A DNA stretch of 64,000 nucleotides, from NCBI RefSeq assembly GCF_009914755.1, contig NC_060948.1; one strand, 5' to 3'. This document shows positions 54,566 to 64,000 of this stretch, piece by piece (position 1 is the first letter of the stretch; each line of letters opens with the position of its first letter). The translations under genes and the position numbers were made by a program. The DNA is from the human T2T-CHM13v2.0 reference genome, Homo sapiens. The notes below the pieces were generated by a model that saw only the letters and a program-made list of their open reading frames with translations, was not told the DNA's origin and searched no databases.

Positions 54566-55050
54566 GAGTAGGAACCTTTTTATCCATGCTGGTACCACAC
54601 ACTCCTGGCTCTTCCACACACAAAGCATGACCTCACAAATCACAAGCAGTCCAATTCTAACTGGTCTGTTTGCACCTCTTTCCAACATCCTATTCCCCTA
54701 TTCAACTTACTCCCTGCCCCGCTACAAGCCACTGTACATCACAGGTTTGCTTACCTTCTCTGTAGACTTTTCTATAATGTCATAGGAATGCTATCATACA
54801 ATATGTGATCTCTTCAGACTGGCACTTTTTGTTACTAATGTTTTCTCGTTATTCCATAATTGCTGCCAAAATAAGCATGCATGTCTTGTGCCACAGAAAA
54901 CTGATCACACACTAAGCTCTACTTAGTAAAAACTAAAAAAAAAAAATGCTAGTACATATTGTCACATTTATACCCTTATTTTTTTAATTCATGATTTCTA
55001 CAATGAATAAATGGATGAATAAAGTACACTGACACACAAATATTCTGCCT

Positions 55051-55456
55051 TGCCAGTCCAGCTGAGCATTGGGCTGATTACAGACCCCAGGCAGAGTGTT
55101 GTAAACAGTTTTGACTGTGACCCGTACCAGCTAGTGAGACTCGCATTTATTAAGTAAAGATTAATTGACCAAGGCTTTAAGTCAACACCACTAAAGGGTA
55201 AATGACAGTGTGGACTTCCCAATTAGAAAGCAATTAATCACTGTGGTAAGTCAAAGATTAGTCTTAGGACCACATGAACAAACAAGCTATTAAGATAAAC
55301 ACCCCATATTCCTTTGTTTCTACTCTAACTTATTTAACTAAATGGAAAAGGCTGCCTTTAGCCAAGTTTATTACTGGAGCTTATGCCAATCCCCAAAGCC
55401 TTCCAAGAAGGTTTGCATCTGATAATTTTCCCCACCATCCTGACTGAACCCACACA
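55051..55456 (-). mobile_element. LTR22-family solo LTR (HERV-K22/HML-5)
   Basis: Minus strand starts tgtgtgggttcagtcaggatggtggggaaaattatcagatgcaaaccttcttggaaggc and ends ctcagctggactggca. Confidence 0.78.
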
Positions 55457-55824
55457 GATGTCAAAGCTGCAATAAGAATTTCTGGAGTACAAACTAGTTT
55501 CTCTGGGAATTGAAAAAGCCATTGATTTCAATTTCAGTACATATATTCATTGCTTAATACATGATACAGATTAGAACTCTGGAGGTTTACCTTCTTGAAT
55601 CTGCTTTTTCAAAAATGAGACAAAGTGTAAAATCACATGTATTTGGTCTGTTAGTTTTTCTTCACCTTTCAAAACATGGCACTTCCTTTGATTGATATTT
55701 GAAGACAGAGACTAATTTATTAAAATATTTTTCACTGTCCTTTTCATTGTTGCTTTTACACATTACATGTGAAATTGCTGGAAACTTCAACAGTGCACAT
55801 TTTAAATAAGAATAAAAGACAGTT

Positions 55825-58800
55825 GGCATCTAGCAAGATGGTTGAAAAAGAGCAGCTCTGGTCTGCAGCTTCCAGTGAGATCAACACAAAAGACAAGTGA
55901 TTTCTGTGTTTCCACCTGAGGTACCCAGTTCATCTCATTGGGACTGGTTAGACATTGAGTGAGGCCCACAGAAGGCAAGCAGAAGCAGGGTGATTGTTGC
56001 CTCACCCAGGAAGCGCAAGGGGCTAGAAACTTCCTCCCACAGCCAAGGAAAGCCATCTGGGGCTGTGTCATCAAGCCCGTATCCTGCACTTTTCACAGGG
56101 TTTTTGCAACCCACAGACCAGGAGATTCCCTAGTGTGCCTACAGAACCACAACCCTGGATTTCAAGCATGAAACTGGGTGGCTGCTTTGACACATACTGA
56201 GCTAGATGCAAAAGATTTTTTTTGTACCCCAGTGGCACCTGGAACCCTACTGGGACAGAACAATTCACACCCCTGGAAAGGGGGCTGAAGCTAGGGAAAA
56301 AAGTGGTCTCATTCATCAGGTCCCATTCACATCAAACACAACAAGCTGAGATCTACTGGCTTCAAATTCTCACTACGTGCATAAAAGCCTGAAGTCAACC
56401 TTGAATGATCAAGCTTGGTGGGGAGAGGGTCGACCACCATTACTGAGGCTTACATATAAGGGTTTCCCTAACAGTATTAAGAAAGCTGCCAGGAAGTTTG
56501 CAAAAGCATGCAAAGCAGCTGTGGCCAGATTGGCTCTCTAGATTCCACCTCACTGATTATGTCATTTCTGAAAGAATGGCAGCAGCCCCAGTCAGGGGAT
56601 TATACTTAAAACTCCCATCTCCCTGGGACAGACCACCTGGGAAAAGGGATGGCTGCGAGTGAAACTGCAGCAGACTTAAACATTCCTGCCTGCCTGTTGT
56701 GAAGAGAGCTGTGTATCTCTGAGAACAGTGTTCAAGCCCTGCTCAGGGACAGATTGCCTTTTCAACTATGCCCCTTACCCCTGTGTCTCCTGACTAGGGA
56801 ACACATCCCAGCAGGTTTCAACAGACACTTCATACAGAAGAGCTCTGGCTGGCACCAGTCAGGACCCACTCAGGGCAAAATCTTCCACTTATTGCTGTTC
56901 TGCAACTTCAGATGGTCATACCCAGTAAAGCAGCATCTGAAGTAGACCTCTTGCAAACTCCAGCAGACCTGCAGAAGAGATGCCTGACTGATCAACATCA
57001 ACAAAAAGGGCGCTCATACAAAAACCCAATCCAAAGTCCATCGGCATAAAATATCCCAGGTAGATAAATCCATGAGAAATAGGAATAACCAGCACAAAAG
57101 AGCTGAAAATTCAGAAAATTAGAACGCTTCTTCTCCTCAAAATGATTGCAACTCCTCCCCAGCAAGGGCGCAAAAGTGAATGGAGAAGGAGTTTGATGAA
57201 TTGGCAGAAGTAGGCTTCAGATGGTGTGTAATAACAAAATTATCTGTGGTAAAGGAGTATGTTCTAACCCAATGTTAGGAAGCTGAGAACCTTGATAAAA
57301 TGTTACAGGAACTGCTAACTAAAACAACCAGTTTAGAGAAGAACATGTATTACCTAATGGAGCTCACAAACACAGTGCAAGAAACATTGTGAAGCAAAAA
57401 CAAGTATCATTGGTCGAGTCAATGAAAAGGAAGAAAAGATATCACAGATTATAGATCAACTTAATGAAATTGTGGGGAAAAGAAAGAAAGATCAGACTGT
57501 AACTCTATCTATGTAGAAAGAATTAGACATAAGATACTCTATTTTGTTCTGTACTAAGAGAAATTTTTCTGCCTTGAGATGCTGTTAATCTGTAACCCTA
57601 GCCCTGACACTGTGCTCACAGAGACATGTGCTGTGTTGACTCAAGGTTTAATGGATTTAGGGCTATGAAGGAGGTGCTTTGTTAAACAAGCTCTCGAAGG
57701 CAGTATGGTTGTTAAAAGTCATCACCATTCTCTAATCTCAAGTACCTAGGGACACAATACACTGTGGAATTCCACAAGGACCTCGGCCTAGGAAAACCAG
57801 GTATCATCCAATGTTTCTCCCCATGTGATAGCCTGAGATATGGCCCCATGGGAAGGGAAAGACCTGACCATCCTCCAGCCTGACACCCTTAAGTGGTCTG
57901 TTCTGAGGAGGATTAGTAAAAGAGGAAGGCTTCTTTGCAGTTGTGATAAGAGGAAGGCATCTATCTCCTGCTCATCCCTACCATCACCCTCGCGAGATGG
58001 TAGAGATAATGATTAATAATACTGAGGGAACTCAGAGACCAGTGCTGGCACGGGTCCTCCATATGCTGAGTGCTGGTCCCCTGGGCCCACTTTTCTTTCT
58101 CTATACTTTGTCTCCGTGTCTTATTCCTTTTCTCAGTCTCTCATTCCACCTGATAAGAAACACCCACAGGTGTGGAGGGGCAGTCCACCCCTTCAGAAAT
58201 AAAGCATGAAGACAAGATTAGAGAAAAATGATTGAAAAGGAACAAACAAAGCCTCCAAGAAATATGGGACTATGTCAAAAGACAAAACCTACTACTGATT
58301 AGTGTACCTGAAGTGAGGGGGAAAATGGAACCAAGTTTGAAATTACGCTTCAAGGCATTATCCAGGAGAATTTCCCCAACCTAAAAAGACAGGCCATCAC
58401 TCAAATTCAGGAGATACAGATAACACCACTAAGATACTCTTTGAGAAGAGCAACATCAAGACATATAACTGTCAGATTCTCCAAAGTTGAACCAAAAGAA
58501 AAAAATGTTAAAGACAGCCAGAGAGAAACGTGAGGTTACCTAGAAAGAGAAGCCCATAGTACTAACAGTGGATCTCTCTGCAGAAACTCTACAAGCCAGA
58601 AGAGAATGGGGCCAACATTCAACATCCTTAAGAAAAAAAAAATCAACCTAGAATTTTGTATTCAGCCAAACAAATCTTCCTAAGCCAAAGAAAAATAAAA
58701 TTGTTACACACAACCAAGTGTAGATGATTTATGTAACCACCATGCCTGCTTTAGAAGAGCTCCTGAAGTAAGCACTAAATATGGAAAGAAAAAACTGTAC

Positions 58801-61800
58801 TCACCACTGAAAAAAATAGCAAAATATAAAGACCAACAACACCAAGAAGAAAGGGCATCAACTGATATACAAAATAACCAGCTAGCAATGCCAATGCAGG
58901 ATCAAATTTACACATAACAATATTAACCTTAAATGTAAATGAACTACATTTGCCAATTAAAGTACACAGACTAGCAAATTGGATAAAGGGACAAGACCCT
59001 CTGGTGTGCTATATTCAGGAGACTCATCTCATGGGTGAAGACAGGCATACACTCAAAATAAGGAGAAAGTCAAAAAAAAAAAAAAAAGAAAAAACAGGGG
59101 TTGCAATACTAGTCTATCCTAAGACAAACTTTAAACCAATATAGATCAAAAAAGACAAAGAAGGGAATTACATAACGGTAAAGGGATCAGTGCAACGAGA
59201 AGAACTAATGATCCTAAAAATATATGAACTTAATACAGGAGCACACAGATTTATAAAGCAAGTTCTTAGAGACCTACACAGACTTAGACTACTACCCAAT
59301 CATAAAAGGAGATTTTAACAGTCAGATATATTATGCAGATAAATGAGACAGCATATTAACAAGAATACTTAGGACTTGAACCCAGCTATTGACCAAGCAG
59401 AGCTAATAGACATCTACAGAACTATCCACCCCAAATCAACAGAATATACATTCTTCTCAGCACCACATAGCACTTATTCTAAAATTGACCACATAATTGG
59501 AGGTAAAACACTCCTCAGCAAGTGCAAAAGAACTGAAATCAAAACAGTCCCTTATGCCAAAGTGGAATAAGATTAGAACTCAGGATTCAGAATCTCATTC
59601 AAAACTGCACAACTAAAAGAAAACTCTAAAACCTGCTCCTGAATGTCCACTGGGTAAATAATAAAATAAATAAAGAAAGAAATAAGTTGTTTAAAATCAA
59701 TGAGAACAAAGACACAACCTACCAGAATCTCTAGGACACAGCTAAAGAAGTATTAAGAGAGAAATTGATAGCATGAAATATTCATATCAAAAAGTAGGAA
59801 GGATCAAAAATCCACACCCTAAAATCACAATGAAAAGAACCAGAGGGATGGACATGGTGGCTCATACGTCATATTTCAGCACTTTCAGAAGGTGGGCCAG
59901 GAATGTCACCTGAGTTCAAGAGTTCAAGAGCAACCTGGCCAACCAACATGGTGAAACTCTCTCTCTACAGAAAATACAAACAAAACAAAAAAAAAAACCT
60001 GGCCTGGTGGCACACACCTGTAATCCCAGATACTTGGGAGGCTGAAATGGGAAAATTCCTTGAACCCAAAAGATAAAGGTCACAGTGAACTGAGGTTGCA
60101 CAACTCCCTTCCAGTATGGGTGACAAAGCAAGGCACCTTCTCAGAAAAAAAAAAAAAAAAAGAAGACAGAAAGAAAAGGAACTAGAGAGGCAAGAACAAA
60201 CAAATTCAAACAGTGACACAAAAAAGAAATAACAGATCAGATAATTGAAGGTGATAGAGTCAGGAAAATCCTTCAAAAATCCATGAATCCAGGAGCTTTT
60301 TTATTTTTATTTTTGTAAAGTTTAACAAAATAGAGTTGTAGCCAGAACAATAAAGAAAAAAAGAGAGAAGAATCAATTAGACATGGTAAAGAAAGATAGT
60401 GGGGATGTAACAACTGATCCCACAGAAATAAAAACTACCATCAGAGAATACTGTAAACACTCTACGCAAATAAATTTTAAAAATCTAGAAGAAATAAATA
60501 ACTTCCTGGACACATACACCTTACCAAGACTAAACCAAGAAAAAGTAGAATCCCTGAAGAGACCAACAAATTCTAAAATTGAGGCAGTAATTGGTAGCCT
60601 ACCAAACAAGAATGCCCAGACCAGACGGATTCACAGCTGAATTCTACCAGATGTACAGAGAAAACCTGGTTCCATTTCCTTCTGAAACTGTTCCAAACAA
60701 TACAAAAAGAAGGACTCCTACTGAACTTCTTTTATGAGGCCAGCATCATGTTAATACCAAAGCCTGTCAGAGACCACCACCCAAAAAAATTAGGCCAATA
60801 TCCCTGATTAATATCGATGTGAATGTCCACAACAAAGTACTGGCAAACTGAATGTAGCAACCCATCAAAAAGCTTATCCATCAAAATCAAGTCAGCTCCA
60901 TCCTTGGGTTCCAAGGCTGGTTTCAACATATGCAAATCAATAAATGTAATCCATCACATAAAGAGAACCAATGGCAAAAAACACATAATTATCTCTATCG
61001 ATGCAGAAAAGGACTTTGATAAAATTTAACATCCCTTCCTACTAAAAACCCTCAATAAACTAGGTATTGATGAGATGTATCAGAAACTAATGAGAACTAT
61101 TTGTGACAAACCCATAGGCAATATTATACTGAATGGGCAAAAGCTGGAAACATTCCCTTTGAAAACACAAAACACAAGGCACAAGTCAAGGAAGGCCTCT
61201 CTCACCACTCCTATTCAACATAGTATTGAAAGTTCTGCCCAGGACAATAAGGCAAGAGAAAGAAATAAAAGGTATTCAAATAAAAATAAAGGAAATCAAA
61301 TTTTCCCTGTTTGCAGATGACATAGTTGTATATTTTGAATACCCCATTGTCTCAGCTCTAAAACTCCTTAAAAATAGAGAAGCAACTTCTCTTTTTTGTA
61401 AGTTTGCTTAAGCTTATAAGCAACTCCAGCAGTCTCAGGCTACAAAATCATTGTGCAAAAATTACAAGCATTTCTATAGACAAATAATAGATGAACAGAT
61501 AGCCAAATCATGAGTGAATTCAAATTCACAATTGTTCCAAAGAAAGTAAAATAACTAAGAATAAAACTTACAAGGCATGTGAAGAACTTCTTTATGGAGA
61601 ACTACAAATCACTGCTGAAGGAAATAAAAGAGGACACAAAAATGTGGAAAAAATTCATGTTCATGGATAAGAAGTGTCAATAGCATGAAAATGACCATAC
61701 TGCTTAAAGTAATTCACAAATCTACAATGATCTGATCTTCAACAAGCCTGACAGAAACAAGCAATTGGGGAAAGATTCCTTGGTACTGAGAAAACTGGCT

Positions 61801-62697
61801 ACCCATATGCAGAAATCTGAAACTGAATCCCTTTCTTACAACACATACAAAAATTAACTCAAGATGAATTAAAAGACTTAAACATAAAACCTAAAATCAT
61901 AAAAACCGTAGAAGAAAACCTAGACAATACCATTCAGGATATAGACATGGGAAAGACATAATGACAAAAACACCAGAAACAATTGGAACAAAATCCAAAA
62001 TTGACATTTGGGACCTAATTAATCTAAAGAACTTCTCCACAGCAAAAGAAAATATCATCAGGGTGAACAGGTGACATACAGAATGTGAGAAAATTTTTTC
62101 AACCTATCTATCTGACAAAGGTCTAATATCCAAAATCTGCAAGTAACATAAAAACATTTACAAGAAAATGAAATACCCCATCAAAAAGTGGGCAAAGGAT
62201 ATGAACAGACACTTCTCAAAAGGAGACATTAGATCAGCCAAAAAACATATGTAAAAAAAGATCAGCATCACTGGTCATTAGAGAAATGCACATCAAAACC
62301 ACAATGAGATATCGTCTCACATGGTATCTGCGTGTCAGAATGGTGACCGTTAAAAAGTCAGGAAACAACAGATGCTGGCAATGATGTGGAGAAATAGGAA
62401 TGCTCTATACTGCCGGTGGGAGTGTAAATTAGTTCAATCATTGTGGAAGAAAGTATGGTGATTCCCCAAGGATCTATAACCAGAAACACCATTTACCAGG
62501 AATCACATTATGTGGTATATACCCAGAGGATTATAAATCATTCTACTATAAGGAAACATCACATGTACATTTATTACAGCACTATTCACATACAAAAAAG
62601 ACATGGAACAAACCCAAATTCCCATCAATGATAGAGTGGATAAGAAAATATGGCACATATACACCATGGAATACTATGCAGCCTTTAAAAAGAAGAA
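55825..62697 (+). mobile_element. Long L1PA (PA7/PA8-like) with 5'UTR, 3' end lost; interrupted by LTR5 and an Alu (~59848-60165)
   Basis: gcaagatggttgaaaaagagcagctctggtctgcagc 5'UTR, followed by ORF1 and ORF2 fragments. Stops after ggaatactatgcagcc...aagaagaagt. Confidence 0.9.
57471..58195 (+). mobile_element. LTR5 (LTR5B-like, HERV-K HML-2) solo LTR with internal deletion, inserted in L1 ORF1
   Basis: tgtggggaaaagaaagaaagatcagactgt...cacccacaggtgtggaggggcagtccaccccttca. The 5-bp TSD gaaat restores the L1 sequence. It is 725 bp versus ~1 kb expected. Confidence 0.9.
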
Positions 62698-63022
62698 GTT
62701 GTAATACACATACACATGCACGTGACCTTGTGATAGAATGACTTATTTTTTTGGGGGGTGCTATATACACAGTTATGAAATTGCTGGGTCCAAAGGTATT
62801 TCTCACTCTAGATACTTGATGAAACGCCACACATTTTTCCACATTGTCTATACTGATTTATATTTTGAACAACAATGTAAAAACAATTTTATTACTGCAC
62901 TACTTCACTACCATTTGTTATTTCATGGGTTTTTAGTAATCACCATTTCCACTGGCCTAAGACGGTATCTCCTTGCCATTTAGATTTCTTTTTCCTTCAC
63001 CATTAGTGATGTTGAGCTTTTT
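62698..63022 (-). mobile_element. L1 fragment paralogous to 3235-3560
   Basis: Same antisense L1 segment, with the same 5' truncation next to the same USP9 exon. Confidence 0.8.
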
Positions 63023-63029
63023 GACATGA

Positions 63030-63121
63030 AGACAGAAGACCAGTAACTCTTTTCTTACCCCAGTTTGGCCTTTTTATATCAGCTCTTCAACACCCATTTC
63101 ACCTATTTTTTAAACACTATC
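63030..63121 (-). pseudogene. USP9YP: USP9Y-like exon fragment (copy C)
   Basis: Acceptor ccttttgcag| then DSV*KIGEMGVEELI*KGQTGVRKELLVF versus recalled USP9Y [29 protein letters not shown]. Confidence 0.82.
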
Positions 63122-63174
63122 CTGCAAAAGGAAAAGTATTATGTGTTTAACTTATATGATAAAGATAGTCATCA

Positions 63175-63350
63175 AATTCATTTCCACAAGACAGAAACAT
63201 ATTTGGGTATTGCTTCCATGGAAAAAGGAGTTTACAATTGCACTTAATGTAAGAGGCCAGAAATTCTGCTCATCAACATACAATGCACAAGGAAAGCTCC
63301 TCACAAAAAGAAATTATATGAGTACAAAATGTCAAAATCCAGGGATCAGA
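63175..63350 (+). mobile_element. MER20-like hAT DNA transposon relic
   Basis: agaggccagaaattctgctcatcaacatacaatgcacaagg...aaagaaattat...caaaatgtcaa resembles MER20. Confidence 0.6.
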
Positions 63351-63664
63351 AATTCTGCTCCATTAGTAAGCTTCGTAATCTATTGGGAAAATATTAACCT
63401 TAAGCCCAATGCCATGAATTAGAGAAGTACATTCTCACAGAATATATGTCTGTGTAAGCAAGTGGGATAGGGTGGTACAATGTAAATACCAACTTTTCAA
63501 CTTTAAGTTCTAAAAGATTTTGAAACAAAATAATTTTCAAATAAGGTTTAAAAATTCCAAATGTGGGAGACTGAATTTTAAGTATTTCAAGATCCAATAG
63601 AAGTAACACATTTAAACACAACTAGCTATGCTCCTTTTTTCATGGGATTTTGGGAGAGTCACCT

Positions 63665-64000
63665 TGACAGTTGAAAACCTCTGTGGCCAGTGGTGCTTTT
63701 GCCTGAGTTCTGCTCAGGCCTGCTAAGCTTGCTCTACCCACTCTGCCTGACAGGCGGCACTCAGCTTGCATTATGGGTCAGGATTTCATACCTGCCAAGG
63801 GCAAACATGAGGTAGAGTGGCAAGTGGTGTATGAGCAAGTGTGGGGTCTAGCCGCTATACACAGCCAGGCCTGCCGGCAGTGGCAAAGCAGGAAATTTTA
63901 GGTGCCAACAGAAGTGCCATCTCACTGAGACACAGCAGCTGGACCAGGCATACTGCAAGCAGCTTCCACAGCTGATACTGGGGAATGTAGTGGTGCCCAG
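63665..64000. mobile_element. ERV1 LTR, MER52-like, running off the right edge
   Basis: aaaacctctgtggccagtggtgcttttgcctgagttctgctc...ggaccaggcatactgcaagcagcttccac is a CpG-decayed MER52-type sequence. Confidence 0.6.

Noticed and set aside
63552-63580. ttccaaatgtgggagactg resembling U1 snRNA
   Set aside because: The match is too short and the flanks do not continue U1 sequence.

Overview
This is primate genomic DNA, most likely human or hominoid Y-chromosome ampliconic sequence. It is AT-rich and dominated by L1, Alu and LTR repeats, and I see no intact protein-coding gene. The unique sequence is a mosaic of decayed Y gene fragments. (1) Three USP9Y-derived unprocessed pseudogene segments on the minus strand (294-3664, 17056-18661, ~63030-63121). 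(2) An XKR3/XKRY-like pseudogene on the plus strand, with its first coding exon (9716-9995) and last exon (20858-~21645) present. Its middle exon is missing and a USP9Y-derived duplicon lies between the two exons. (3) One PRY-like exon (50466-50567). Repeats include a twin-primed young L1PA2-like element, three L1PA elements that keep their 5'UTR, older L1M fragments, about 20 Alus, and solo LTRs (MER11, LTR14, LTR12, LTR22, LTR5). Protein and repeat identifications come from recalled reference sequences, not database searches. Repeat boundaries are approximate. I found no evidence of a wholly new biological system. The most interesting signals are the chimeric XKR/USP9Y structure, the datable duplication history and two orphan exon-like segments.
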